Under the pieces are notes generated by a model, which saw only the letters and a list, made by a program, of their open reading frames with translations, was not told the DNA's origin and ran no database searches. DNA of 64,000 bases from a bacterium (lineage in GTDB: Bacteria; Krumholzibacteriota; Krumholzibacteriia; LZORAL124-64-63), in the NCBI GenBank assembly GCA_031441465.1, contig JANOEP010000010.1, positions 96,001 through 160,000 of the forward strand. The letters run 5' to 3'. A program made the position numbers and the translations under genes. Each line of letters starts with the position of its first letter. Position 1 is the stretch's first letter. Positions 26,758-36,436 of the stretch are shown in pieces.

Positions 26758-27258
26758 TCAGGGAAGACGCTTCAAGGCGACGATGATGGCGGTCGTGGAA
26801 CGGCCCGCGCGCATGGCAACGCGCACGACCTCGCCCCCCCAGCCGCGAACCTCAGCGGCGCCGACGATGTCGGTCTCGGCGTACTCGGCGCCCTTGACCA
26901 GGACGTCGGGCCGCGCCAGCAGGATGGTGTCCAGGGGCGTCGGCTCGCCAAAGATGGTCAGCGCGCCGACGGGGCGCAAGTGGGCCAGGACGGCCAGGCG
27001 GTCGGCGAGGGGCGTGAGGGGGCGTGCGGGCCCTTTCAGGGTGCTGACCGAGGCGTCGTCATTGACCGCCACCAGCAGGACGTCCCCCAGCCCGGCCGCC
27101 TCGGCCAGGTACTCCACGTGGCCGCGGTGCAGCAGGTCGAAGCAGCCGTTGGTGAAGACGAGCCGGCGGCCGTCGCGCCGCAGGTCCCGGGCCCAGGCGG
27201 CCAGCTCCGCGCGGGGCACCACCGGCGCCGGGGCGGTCGCTGGCGTCGGGGCGGTCAC
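26758..27258 (-). CDS. hldC: D-glycero-beta-D-manno-heptose 1-phosphate adenylyltransferase (RfaE domain II)
   Basis: 'FTNGCFDLLHRGH', 'KGPARP', 'PDVLVKGAEY', 'STT'. Confidence 0.92.
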   Translation of the reverse strand: MTAPTPATAPAPVVPRAELAAWARDLRRDGRRLVFTNGCFDLLHRGHVEYLAEAAGLGDVLLVAVNDDASVSTLKGPARPLTPLADRLAVLAHLRPVGALTIFGEPTPLDTILLARPDVLVKGAEYAETDIVGAAEVRGWGGEVVRVAMRAGRSTTAIIVALKRLP

Positions 27259-28226
27259 TTGCCCACCGCTTCGCGGATCTGGGCCGCGGTGATCGTCGCG
27301 GTGCCCAGTTCGCGCACGGCCAGGCCGGCGGCGTGGTTGGCGAGGTTGGCGGCTTCCAGGTAGGTGGCGCCCGCGGCCAGCGCCGCCGTGTACACGGCGA
27401 TGACCGTGTCGCCGGCGCCGGTGACGTCGTAGACGTCGCGGGCCTCGGTCGGCAGGTGGTGCTCGACGCCGCCGCGCTCGAACAGGGCCATGCCGTGCTC
27501 GCCCCGGGTGATCAGCACGCAGGCGGCCCCGGTGCGCGCGAGCAGCTCGGCGCCGGCGAGGCGCAGGCCGGCGAGGTCGGCGATCGCGAGGCCCGTGGCC
27601 TGGCCGGCCTCCTTCTGGTTCGGCGTGAGGGAGGCGCAGCCGCGGTACTGGGTGTAGTCGCCGCGCTTGGGGTCGACCACCACGGGGATGCCGGCCGCCG
27701 CGCCGGCGTCGATGAGTTCCCGCAACAGCGCGTCGGCCAGCACGCCTTTGCCGTAGTCCGACAGGACGACCCCGTCGAACGGGCCCAGGCGGCGGACGCG
27801 CCCGGCCAGATCGGCGAGCGCCTCCTCCCCCAGCGGCTCGTCCGACTCGACGTCGGCGCGCACGACCTGCTGGTTGTGGGCGATGATGCGGGTCTTGAGC
27901 GTGGTGCGGCGGCCCGGCTGGCGCAGCAGGCCGTCGTCGGGGATGCCCGCTTCGGCCAGCAGCGCGGCGAGGCGATGCGCCGTCGCACCGGTGCCGGCGA
28001 CCGCGACCAGGGTCACCTCGGCGCCGAGGGCGCGGATGTTGGCGGCGACGTTGGCCGCCCCGCCGAGCTTGTCGGTCTCCCGGCGCAAACGCACCACCGG
28101 CACCGGCGCCTCGGGGCTGATGCGGTCGACCTCGCCCCAGAGGAAGCGGTCGAGCATGGCGTCGCCGACGACCGCCAGGCGCAACCCGGCGAGCCGGTCG
28201 AGGATGGCGAGGCTGCGGGCGAGCAT
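27255..28226 (-). CDS. hldA: D-glycero-beta-D-manno-heptose-7-phosphate kinase (RfaE domain I)
   Basis: 'GDAMLD', 'RISPEAPVPV', 'GGAANVA', 'SDYGKG', 'TPN', 'DVTGAGDT'. Confidence 0.94.
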   Translation of the reverse strand: MLARSLAILDRLAGLRLAVVGDAMLDRFLWGEVDRISPEAPVPVVRLRRETDKLGGAANVAANIRALGAEVTLVAVAGTGATAHRLAALLAEAGIPDDGLLRQPGRRTTLKTRIIAHNQQVVRADVESDEPLGEEALADLAGRVRRLGPFDGVVLSDYGKGVLADALLRELIDAGAAAGIPVVVDPKRGDYTQYRGCASLTPNQKEAGQATGLAIADLAGLRLAGAELLARTGAACVLITRGEHGMALFERGGVEHHLPTEARDVYDVTGAGDTVIAVYTAALAAGATYLEAANLANHAAGLAVRELGTATITAAQIREAVGK

Positions 28227-28266
28227 GGTGGCTCCAGGGAGGGGGTGAGGTGCGTGCGCGCCCGGA

Positions 28267-28295
28267 AAGCTACCATCCCGGGCCGGCGGCGTCAA
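28267..28295 (-). promoter_or_regulatory. Sigma70 promoter for hldA-hldC
   Basis: TTGACG (28295-28290), 17 bp, TAGCTT (28272-28267), with TGn extension. Supports the ATG at 28226 over the TTG at 28295. Confidence 0.6.
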
Positions 28296-28368
28296 CGGGA
28301 CTGGCTCCCCGCGCGGCCGTGCGCTATCATGCGACGGTCATCGACACCACCGAACCGGAGGCACGACC

Positions 28369-28686
28369 TTGGAAAAGAATCAGCCGGCGCCGACGCAGCA
28401 ACTCAGCGTGGAACTCGATCCCGAGGTCGCCCACGGCACCTACACCAACCTGGCCCTGATCACCCACAGCCCGAGCGAGTTCGTCGTGGACTTCGCCCGC
28501 ATGATGCCCGGACTGCCCAAGGCCAAGATCCACGCCCGCATGATCATGACCCCGCAAAACGCCAAGGGGCTGCTCAAGACGCTGGAAGCGAACATCCGCC
28601 GTTACGAGGAGACCCACGGCGAGATCAAGCTGCCCGGCCTGCCCGGCAAGGACCTCGGCTTCCACTCCACCGACAGCCGGAACTGA
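28369..28686 (+). CDS. DUF3467 domain protein
   Basis: TTG after GGAGG. 'VAHGTYTNLALITHSPSEFVVDF...ARMIMTPQNAK...YEETHGEI' is typical of this small family. Confidence 0.85.
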   Translation: MEKNQPAPTQQLSVELDPEVAHGTYTNLALITHSPSEFVVDFARMMPGLPKAKIHARMIMTPQNAKGLLKTLEANIRRYEETHGEIKLPGLPGKDLGFHSTDSRN

Positions 28687-28719
28687 AGCCGGACCCTGAC
28701 GATCCCCGGAAGGTGAGGC

Positions 28720-29913
28720 TCAGTCCACCAGTCGCCGAAACCGCGCCGCCGCCAGCGCGAGCAACCCGGCGAGCATCACCGCCAGAACGGTGAGGTGGCC
28801 GGCGTTCCCGGCGAGGCCCCAGCCGCGCCCGATCATGTTGTGGAAGACCGTCACCGCCTGACCCGTAGGCAGGGCCAGGGCCACCTTCTGCATGAAGCCC
28901 GGCACCACTTCCAGCGGCCACCAGAGGCCGCCCAGGGCGGCCATCATCATCGAGGCAGTCATGCCGAGGCCGTCGGCCTGGCCCGGCGTGCGGCAGAACG
29001 TCGCCACGCACAGCGCCAGCGCCGAACTGATGGCGGTGAACAGGACCATCGTCAGGATCAGGGCGCCGGGACTGCCCCCGTAGTCCATGCCCGGCAACAG
29101 CAGGTTCAGGCCCAGCAGAACCGCCGCTTGAACCAGTCCCACGGCCAGCGGCCCCAGGAACAGGCCCACCGCCAGCAGCCACGGCGACGCGGCCGCCAGG
29201 CGCAGGCGCCGCAGCGTGCCGTTGCGCCGCTCCATCACGACGTCCCGCACGCTCATCAGCATGAACATCATCACGAACATGAGCGTGTAGCTGGGACCGG
29301 TGTGCTGGAAGCCGCTGGAGAACCCCACCAGCGCGCTCGTCGGCGGCTCGCCGCCGAGACGGCCGAGGGTGCGGGCCTCGAGAGTGAGGCGCGGGTCGCG
29401 CCACACCGAATCGAAGCGGGCCGCGTCGAACCCGGGCTCGGCGCGCCGGCCCGCGGTCAGGAACTGCAGGCGCAACACGGCCTCTTCCAGGGCGGTGCGC
29501 GCCGTCTGAGCCGAGGAGCGGTCGGGGTCGTAGGCCAGCGAGAGCGAAGCCGTCCGGCCGGCGGCCAGATCATCGTCGAATCCGGCCGGGATGTGCAGCA
29601 CCGCGGTGCGGCGCCCCTCGTCGACCAGGGAGCGTGCAAGGTCCCAGGAACCCGCACTATCGGCCACGACGATCCGGTACTGTTCGCGCCCGCCAAGTGC
29701 CGTGACCAGATCGCTCGACGCCGGGCTCCGCGACTCATCGAAGACCGTCACCTCGGGCGCCTCGCGGGTACCGCCCCCCATGTCGCCGAACATCATCCCC
29801 ATCAGCACGGTGAACATCAGCGGCATGCCGAACAGCCAGAAGAGGCTGGCCCGATCGGCCGCGACCTGCCGCACGTGCAGGGCCACCAGGGCCCGGATCA
29901 CCCCAGTGTTCAC
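28720..29913 (-). CDS. ABC-2 type exporter permease
   Basis: N-terminal TM, extracytoplasmic domain, then multiple TMs; 'ERRNGTLRRL', 'LGGLWWPLE'. GTG overlaps the upstream stop. Confidence 0.9.
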   Translation of the reverse strand: MNTGVIRALVALHVRQVAADRASLFWLFGMPLMFTVLMGMMFGDMGGGTREAPEVTVFDESRSPASSDLVTALGGREQYRIVVADSAGSWDLARSLVDEGRRTAVLHIPAGFDDDLAAGRTASLSLAYDPDRSSAQTARTALEEAVLRLQFLTAGRRAEPGFDAARFDSVWRDPRLTLEARTLGRLGGEPPTSALVGFSSGFQHTGPSYTLMFVMMFMLMSVRDVVMERRNGTLRRLRLAAASPWLLAVGLFLGPLAVGLVQAAVLLGLNLLLPGMDYGGSPGALILTMVLFTAISSALALCVATFCRTPGQADGLGMTASMMMAALGGLWWPLEVVPGFMQKVALALPTGQAVTVFHNMIGRGWGLAGNAGHLTVLAVMLAGLLALAAARFRRLVD

Positions 29914-31232
29914 AGCAGGCCCACCTTTCCGCCCCGTCGCCGGTAGATCGCCACGGCGACCGCCAGCAACGCCGCCGCGATCCCGAACAGGACCGCGATG
30001 CGGGGCAGGATGTCGGCCGCACCCCGGCCGTGGACGATGATGTCGTTGAACGTCAAGTTGGCCCAGTAGTTGGGCGTGAAGCGCCCCACCGCCTGCAGCA
30101 CGGGCGGCATCTGGTCGACGTTGATGAAGTTGCCGCCGACCAACGCCATGAACAGGGTGACGCCGGTGGAGATGGTGCCCATCTGCTTCTCGTTCGCGGT
30201 CAGCAGGGCCAGGGGCAGGAACAGGGAAGCCAACATGGCGCTGGTGGCGACCGCGGCCATGACCAGCGCCAGGGGATCCGGACCGAGGCTCATCTTGAAC
30301 AGGAGCCGACCGGCCGTGAAGAGCACGGTCAGCTGCAGCAGGCCGTTGAGCATGGCGAAGAGCCACTTGCCGACCAGGAGGTCGGAGTTCCCCAGCGGGG
30401 CGACGAGTAGGCGCCGCAGCGTGCCGGCGGCGCGCTCGCGGTGCAGGTCGCCCGCGGCGGCGGCGGCGGCGAACATCAGGAAGAACACGCCCATCCCCGG
30501 CAGGATGTAGTCGAACATGTTGCGCGAGGGGCCGAACTCCTCGGCCACCTTCCCGGTGCGGTCGACCACTTGCAGCGAAACGGCCGGCGGGTCGAACGCG
30601 TCCGACAGCGCCGCCTGGTGGTCGAGGATCGCCTCGAACTTCGCGCGCGCGGCATCCGCTTCAGGGGAGCTGTCGCGGATGCGCCGCCAGATCCCGACCA
30701 GGGAGTCGCCCTCGAAAAGGTCGCCGAAGGGATCGGGCTCGCCCTCGGCGGGGAACCCGTCCGCGGGCCAGGCCGTGACGTAGACGGCCTCGCCGCCCTG
30801 CACCCGCAACAGCATCCGGCGCAGGATCTGCTCGACGATGTCGGCTTGGAAGACGCTGACCGGGTCCTTCCAGACGCCGATCGCCACGCGTTCGCCCGAC
30901 AGCAGATCCTGCAGATCGCCGGGCAGCAGCACCGCGGCGCGGGCCTCCCCCTTGCGGACCAGGCGTTCGGCCTCGGCCGAGTCGCACCAGACCGGCGTGA
31001 AGAGTCCGCTCTCCCGCAGTGCGCGTTCGAGGGGTTCCTTGAGCAGCGTGGGCGGATCGCCGACCAGAGCCAGCGGGATGGCCTCCATCTCGGGGCCGCC
31101 GCCGCCGCCGAAGCCACCGAACGAAATCCCGAGCACGCCCGTCAACAACAGAGGCAGCAGGAGCGTCACGACCACCGCCTGGCGGTCCGACCACCAGCGG
31201 CGGATGTCCTTGAGCACCAGCACGCGCAACAT
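29910..31232 (-). CDS. ABC-2 type exporter permease
   Basis: 'KDIRR', TM, large loop, 'ERAAGTLRRLLVAP', multiple TMs. Confidence 0.9.
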   Translation of the reverse strand: MLRVLVLKDIRRWWSDRQAVVVTLLLPLLLTGVLGISFGGFGGGGGPEMEAIPLALVGDPPTLLKEPLERALRESGLFTPVWCDSAEAERLVRKGEARAAVLLPGDLQDLLSGERVAIGVWKDPVSVFQADIVEQILRRMLLRVQGGEAVYVTAWPADGFPAEGEPDPFGDLFEGDSLVGIWRRIRDSSPEADAARAKFEAILDHQAALSDAFDPPAVSLQVVDRTGKVAEEFGPSRNMFDYILPGMGVFFLMFAAAAAAGDLHRERAAGTLRRLLVAPLGNSDLLVGKWLFAMLNGLLQLTVLFTAGRLLFKMSLGPDPLALVMAAVATSAMLASLFLPLALLTANEKQMGTISTGVTLFMALVGGNFINVDQMPPVLQAVGRFTPNYWANLTFNDIIVHGRGAADILPRIAVLFGIAAALLAVAVAIYRRRGGKVGLL

Positions 31233-31241
31233 GGCAGACTC

Positions 31242-32174
31242 CTATTCGCGCAGGGCGCGGCCGGTGATCTTCAGGTAGAGCGATTCCAGGTTGGGACGGA
31301 TCACTTCGAGCTGGTCGAGGCCGAGGCCGCCGGCGGACAGCTCGGCCTGCAGGCGCGGCAGCAGCGCGGCGCCGTCGCGGCAGTGGATCTCGAGCTTGCC
31401 CTTGCGCAGTTCCGCGAGGGAGACGTCCGGCCACGCGCCGGCCGTCGCCGCGGCCCGTTCCAGAGCCGCCGTCGGCAGTTGGACCCGCACGACGTCGCTC
31501 TCGCCGATCTGCCGGATGAGTTCTTCCTTGTTGCCGAGCGCCGCCAGCCGGCCGTGGTCGATGACCCCGATGCGGTCGCAGAGGTGCTCGGCCTCCTCGA
31601 GGTAATGCGTCGTGTAGAGGACGGTGAGCCCGCGGGCGTTCATGCTGCGGATCAGGTCCAGGATGCGCGTGCGCGCCTGGGCGTCGATCCCCACGGTGGG
31701 CTCGTCGAGGAACAGGACGTCCGGGGCGTGGACCAGTCCGAGCATGATGTTCAGGCGCCGCTTCATGCCGCCGCTGAAGCCCTTGACCGGGCGGCGGGCG
31801 TGCTCGGCGAGTTCGGCCAACTCGAGCAGTTCCCCGACGCGGGATTTGAGGCGCGGGCCTTCCAGGCCGTACAGCCGCCCGAAGGTGTTGAGGTTCTGCT
31901 CGGCGGTGAGTTCCTCGTACAGGGCCAACTCCTGCGGCACGACGCCGATGCGACGGCGGACGGCGGCGGGATCGACCGCGACGTCGTGGCCGCAGACCGT
32001 GGCCGAGCCGGCGTCGGCGGGCAGCAGCGTGGCCAGCACCGAGATCGTCGTGGTCTTGCCGGCGCCGTTGGGCCCCAGCAGGCCGAAAATCTCGCCTTGG
32101 CCGACCGCGAAGCTCAGGTCGTCGACGGCGCGCAGATCGCCGAACGATTTCACCAGGTTGCTGACTCGGATCAT
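31242..32174 (-). CDS. ABC transporter ATP-binding protein (DrrA/NatA-like)
   Basis: Walker A 'GPNGAGKTT', signature 'FSGGMKRRL', Walker B 'LFLDEPT', 'TTHYLEEAE'. Confidence 0.95.
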   Translation of the reverse strand: MIRVSNLVKSFGDLRAVDDLSFAVGQGEIFGLLGPNGAGKTTTISVLATLLPADAGSATVCGHDVAVDPAAVRRRIGVVPQELALYEELTAEQNLNTFGRLYGLEGPRLKSRVGELLELAELAEHARRPVKGFSGGMKRRLNIMLGLVHAPDVLFLDEPTVGIDAQARTRILDLIRSMNARGLTVLYTTHYLEEAEHLCDRIGVIDHGRLAALGNKEELIRQIGESDVVRVQLPTAALERAAATAGAWPDVSLAELRKGKLEIHCRDGAALLPRLQAELSAGGLGLDQLEVIRPNLESLYLKITGRALRE

Positions 32175-33082
32175 GAGTCGTCCTTTCGGGGCGGGCGCGT
32201 CTTCCAGCGCCGATGCACCCAGAACCAGTGGTCGGGGTAGCGGCGGACGAATTCCGCCAGGCGGTCGGTGTGCGCCTGGGTCAGGGCGAGCACGGCCTGC
32301 GGCTCGTCCAGCGCGGGATCGGGTTCGATGGCGGCGGTGACGTGCGCCACGTGACGCCCGTCCGGCTGCCGCACCAGGAACACCGGGACGATGGGGCAGT
32401 CGAGTTTCCAGGCGAAGTACGCCAGACCGGGGGGTGTTGATGCGAGCGAACCGAGAAATTCCACGAACACGCCCTCCAGTCCGGCGTTGACGTCCGGCAG
32501 CATCGCCGCCGTGCCGCCGCTGCGCAGGAGCTTGACCAGCTGGCGCACCGAGCCGTCGGCGCGGATCGCCTGGACGCCGGAACGGGCGCGGATCGCATTC
32601 TGGAGGCGGTCCACGTGGGGGTTGCTCTGCTGCCGCACCACGACGTGCAACGGGTGGCCGTAGGCCGTCAGCGCCGCGCCGAGCAGTTCGAAGTTGCCGA
32701 AATGCCCCGTGGTGAAGATGAAGCCGCGGCCGGCGGCGCGCAGCGGCGCCAGGACGCCGGGGTCGTCCAGGTCCACCAGTTCTCGGATCCGCTCCGGGGT
32801 GAGGTCGTCCATCGCCATGAACTCGAACAGGGAGGTCGCGATCTGCTGGTAGGCGCGCACGGCCACGTCGCGGCGCTCGGCTTCGTCCCAGTCGGGGAAG
32901 GCCTGGCGCAGCTGCGTCAAGGCCACCGCGCGCCGGTAGCCCCAGAAACGGAACGCCGCCGCGCCCAGACGGCGTCCCGCGGCGGACCTCCCGCCGGACG
33001 ACAGCCGCCGCACGACCGCCCGCACGGCGCCCAGCACGGCGAATTCCAGCAGCCAACTCACGCGCTTCAGCGGCGAGGCCAC
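32171..33082 (-). CDS. Lipid A late acyltransferase (LpxL/HtrB family lysophospholipid acyltransferase)
   Basis: Hx4E motif 'GHFGNFE', 'VFVEFLG', C-terminal 'PDHWFWVHRRWK'. Confidence 0.88.
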   Translation of the reverse strand: MASPLKRVSWLLEFAVLGAVRAVVRRLSSGGRSAAGRRLGAAAFRFWGYRRAVALTQLRQAFPDWDEAERRDVAVRAYQQIATSLFEFMAMDDLTPERIRELVDLDDPGVLAPLRAAGRGFIFTTGHFGNFELLGAALTAYGHPLHVVVRQQSNPHVDRLQNAIRARSGVQAIRADGSVRQLVKLLRSGGTAAMLPDVNAGLEGVFVEFLGSLASTPPGLAYFAWKLDCPIVPVFLVRQPDGRHVAHVTAAIEPDPALDEPQAVLALTQAHTDRLAEFVRRYPDHWFWVHRRWKTRPPRKDDS

Positions 33083-33124
33083 GGTTCCTCCCGTTGCGGG
33101 ACAGGGAGGGCGCCGAGCCCGCCC

Positions 33125-34057
33125 TCAAGGAATCCAGATCCTACGCGCCACCCGTCCTCCGGGCAACCTCACGATCAGCCCGGCCATCTCCAGCGCCAGC
33201 AGACCCTCCAGCCAGACCACCTCCTTGCCCGCCCAGCTGCGGCGCAGTTCCGACAAGCGCAACCCGGTCAGGTCGAGCCGGTCCCAGATCCAGCGGGCCG
33301 ACGAACCGGCCAGCGGCAGCGGCGTCCCGTTCCCGCAACCGGCCGGGTCCTGCGCTCCCAGCTCGAGAGGCCGCGGCCGGCCCAGCACGTCGAACACGTC
33401 GCGCGCTCCCTCGGCGAGGTGGGCGCCCTGCCGCAGCAGGTGGTGGCAACCGCGGCAGCCGTCGTCGTCCACCGGGCCGGGGACGGCGAACACTTCCCGT
33501 CCCTGGTTCAGCCCGTGGAAGGCGGTCTGCAGGGCGCCGCTGCGCAAGGGAGCCTCGACCACGACGACGCCCAGCGCCAGCCCCGAGATCAGGCGGTTGC
33601 GCCGGGGAAAGACGAAGGGCAACGGGGCGACGCCGTCCTCGGCCTCGGTGACGGCGCAGCCGTCCGCCTCGATGCGACGCCGCAGGTCCACGTGGCGCGC
33701 CGGGTAGGTGCGGTCCGCGCCGGTGGCCATGACCGCCACGGTGCGCCCGCCGCCCGCGAGCGCGCCCTCGTGCGCCGCGGCGTCGATGCCCAGCGCCATC
33801 CCGCTCACGATGGTCCAGCCGGCGGCGGCCAGGTCCCGGGCCAGCCGCTGCGCCACCGCCCTGCCGCGTGGCGAGGGGCGGCGCGTCCCGACCACGGCGA
33901 TCGCCGGGGTCGCCAGCACGGACGGGTCGCCGGTGCCGCGCACGCGCACCGGCGGCACGTCGATGTTTCGCCAGAGCTCGGGCCAGCGGGGATCGTGGGG
34001 CGTCAGCGTCCAGACGGCGTCGGATTCGGCGCACGAGGGCGCCCGTTCCACGCGCAT
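33125..34057 (-). CDS. dprA: DNA-processing protein DprA
   Basis: 'AVVGTR', 'IVSGMALGIDAAAH', 'FPRRNRLISGL', 'SGALQTA', 'GREVFAVPG'. Confidence 0.93.
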   Translation of the reverse strand: MRVERAPSCAESDAVWTLTPHDPRWPELWRNIDVPPVRVRGTGDPSVLATPAIAVVGTRRPSPRGRAVAQRLARDLAAAGWTIVSGMALGIDAAAHEGALAGGGRTVAVMATGADRTYPARHVDLRRRIEADGCAVTEAEDGVAPLPFVFPRRNRLISGLALGVVVVEAPLRSGALQTAFHGLNQGREVFAVPGPVDDDGCRGCHHLLRQGAHLAEGARDVFDVLGRPRPLELGAQDPAGCGNGTPLPLAGSSARWIWDRLDLTGLRLSELRRSWAGKEVVWLEGLLALEMAGLIVRLPGGRVARRIWIP

Positions 34058-34100
34058 GGCACGTCCTTCCCGGGAGGGAACCGAGGGAGGCGGAGCTGCG

Positions 34101-35120
34101 TCAGTCGGTCGCGGCCAGAGCGGCGCGGTAGAGGTCGCGCAGGACGTGCCGCAGGGCTTCGATCCCCTGGCCGGTCACCGCCGAGATGCAGTGCGGCCCG
34201 CCGGCGCCGTTGTCGGCGGTCCACTCGCCGACCTCGTCGCGCAGTTCCTCGATGGCTTCGGGATCGATCAGGTCGAGCTTGTTCAGCACCACGGTCGCGG
34301 GCAGTTCGCTCAGGCGCTGCCCGTAGGCCAGCAGCTCCTGGCGCAGGACCGCCAGGGTCGCCACGGGCGCGGGGTCGCTGACGTCGATCAGGTAGACCAG
34401 CGCCCGCGTGCGCTCGACGTGGCGCAGGAACTCATGGCCGAGCCCCTTGCCCTCGCTGGCGCCCTCGATCAGACCGGGGATGTCGGCCAGGGTGCAGCTC
34501 ACGAAATCGCCCAGGTCGATGATGCCGAGGTTGGGCACCAGGGTGGTGAACGGGTAATCGGCGATCTTGGGGCGGGCCGCCGTGAGCCGGCTCAGCAGCG
34601 TGGACTTGCCGGCGTTGGGCAGGCCGATCAGGCCGATGTCGGCCAGCAGCTTCAGTTCGAGACGCAGGTGGCGGGTCTCCCCCGGCCGGCCGGGCGAGGA
34701 GACGAACGGCGTCTGGCGGTGGGGCGAGCGGAACTCGTAGTTGCCGCGGCCGCCCTTGCCGCCGGCGGCGACGCAGAAGCGCTGGCCCGGCGTCGTCAGG
34801 TCGCAGATCACGTCGTTGGACTCCGCGTCGTAGACGAGCGTCCCGCAGGGCACGGGCACGTCCTGGCTCACGCCGTCGCTGCCGGTCTTGTTCCAACCGC
34901 CGCCCTTCTGGCCGGACGTGGCTTTGTAGCTGCGGCGGTAGCGGAAGTCCTGGAGGGTGGAACTCAACGACGAGGCGACCAGCCAGATCGAACCGCCGCG
35001 CCCCCCGTTGCCGCCGTTGGGGCCGCCGCGCGGCACGCCCGCCTCGCGGCGGAAGGCCACGGCCCCGTCGCCTCCCTGGCCCGCAATCGCGGTGATCTCC
35101 GCGACGTCGATGAAATGCAC
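34101..35120 (-). CDS. obgE: GTPase ObgE/CgtA
   Basis: GTG after GGAGG. Gly-rich Obg fold 'GGPNGGNGGRGG', 'GLPNAGKST', 'DYPFTT', 'DIPG', 'NKLD'. Confidence 0.96.
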   Translation of the reverse strand: MHFIDVAEITAIAGQGGDGAVAFRREAGVPRGGPNGGNGGRGGSIWLVASSLSSTLQDFRYRRSYKATSGQKGGGWNKTGSDGVSQDVPVPCGTLVYDAESNDVICDLTTPGQRFCVAAGGKGGRGNYEFRSPHRQTPFVSSPGRPGETRHLRLELKLLADIGLIGLPNAGKSTLLSRLTAARPKIADYPFTTLVPNLGIIDLGDFVSCTLADIPGLIEGASEGKGLGHEFLRHVERTRALVYLIDVSDPAPVATLAVLRQELLAYGQRLSELPATVVLNKLDLIDPEAIEELRDEVGEWTADNGAGGPHCISAVTGQGIEALRHVLRDLYRAALAATD

Positions 35121-35121
35121 G

Positions 35122-36309
35122 TCAGCCTCCGAAGGTGGCCGCTGCGCGGCGGAAGCGCGCCGCGGCTTCGCGGAGCGTCGGCTCCCCTGCGGCATAGCTC
35201 AGGCGCAGGTGGTTGGGGACGCCGAAGGGTTCGCCGGGCACGACGGCCAGCATCTCGGTCTTCAACAAGTGCTCGGCCAGACGCCAGCAGCCGCCGACCG
35301 GTCGCTCGGGATCGACCAGGCCACTCACGTCCGCCAGCAAGTAGAAGGCCCCGTCGGGCACAAGGAAGCGCAAGCCGGGGACCGTCGCCATCTCGGCGAC
35401 CAGCACGTCGCGGCGGGCGCGGAAGGCGCGGGCCATCGCCTCGACCTCGTCGCGGCAGTCGAAGGCCACCAGGGAAGCCTTTTGCGCGATCGTGTTGACG
35501 TTGCTGGTGGAGTGGCTCTGCAGGCGCGTCATCGCGCCGATGGCCTTCTCGTCCGCGATGCCGAAACCGATGCGCCAACCCGTCATCGCGTAACTCTTGG
35601 ACAGTCCGGTCACGGTCACGATGCGGTGCCGCAGGTCCGGGGCCACGGTCATCAACGGGACGTGGCCCTCGTCGGTGTAGACCAGGTCCTCGTAGATCTC
35701 GTCGGTGAGGATGAAGAAACTGGTCTTGCGGCAGTACTCGGCCAGGGCCTCCAACTCGGAACGCGTGTAGACGGCGCCGGAAGGGTTCGAGGGCGTGTTG
35801 AGGATCAGGGCCTTGGCGCGGCCGGCGCCGGCCCGGTCGAGGTCCTCCGGCGTGATCTTCCAGCCCGAACGCGAGGGCACGACCGGGATCATGCGGGCCC
35901 GCAGGGCCGCGATCTGCGCGGGGTAGGTCACCCAGTAGGGCACCGGCACGGCGACCTCGTCGCCCTGGTTGAGCAGGATCGACAGCGCGTTGTACAGGAT
36001 CTGCTTGGCGCCGTTGGAGACGATGACTTCGCCGGGAGTGATGGCGACGCCGAGTCGGGCGGCATAGAAGTCGGCGACCTTGCGGCGCAGGGCCGGCAAT
36101 CCGGCGCTCGCGGTGTAGCCGTTGCCGCCCTCGTCCAGGGCGCGGTGCGCGGCCTCGCGGATCCGCAGGGGCGTGTCGAAATCCGGTTCACCGACCGTCA
36201 GGTTGATCACCGGTTCGCCGCGGGCGAGCAGTTGCTTGGCCTGCCCATCCAGCTTCAGGGTCGGGGAATCATCGATCACATCCGCCAGCCAACCGAGCCG
36301 CATTTCCAT
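35122..36309 (-). CDS. PLP-dependent aminotransferase class I/II (aspartate aminotransferase-like)
   Basis: 'GEPDF', 'NGAKQ', 'NTPSNPSG', 'DEIY', 'SKSYAMTGWRIG'. Confidence 0.94.
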   Translation of the reverse strand: MEMRLGWLADVIDDSPTLKLDGQAKQLLARGEPVINLTVGEPDFDTPLRIREAAHRALDEGGNGYTASAGLPALRRKVADFYAARLGVAITPGEVIVSNGAKQILYNALSILLNQGDEVAVPVPYWVTYPAQIAALRARMIPVVPSRSGWKITPEDLDRAGAGRAKALILNTPSNPSGAVYTRSELEALAEYCRKTSFFILTDEIYEDLVYTDEGHVPLMTVAPDLRHRIVTVTGLSKSYAMTGWRIGFGIADEKAIGAMTRLQSHSTSNVNTIAQKASLVAFDCRDEVEAMARAFRARRDVLVAEMATVPGLRFLVPDGAFYLLADVSGLVDPERPVGGCWRLAEHLLKTEMLAVVPGEPFGVPNHLRLSYAAGEPTLREAAARFRRAAATFGG

Positions 36310-36436
36310 GATATCCCCCCAGCGTCAGGACCGTCGCCGCGCTCCATGGCGCGATTTCCCCATTAATGTGGCTCCCCGCGGGGTCGGGGCAAGGACGAAC
36401 CGTCGCCGGCCGCTGGCGCCTCCGCCGGCGGGCCGG

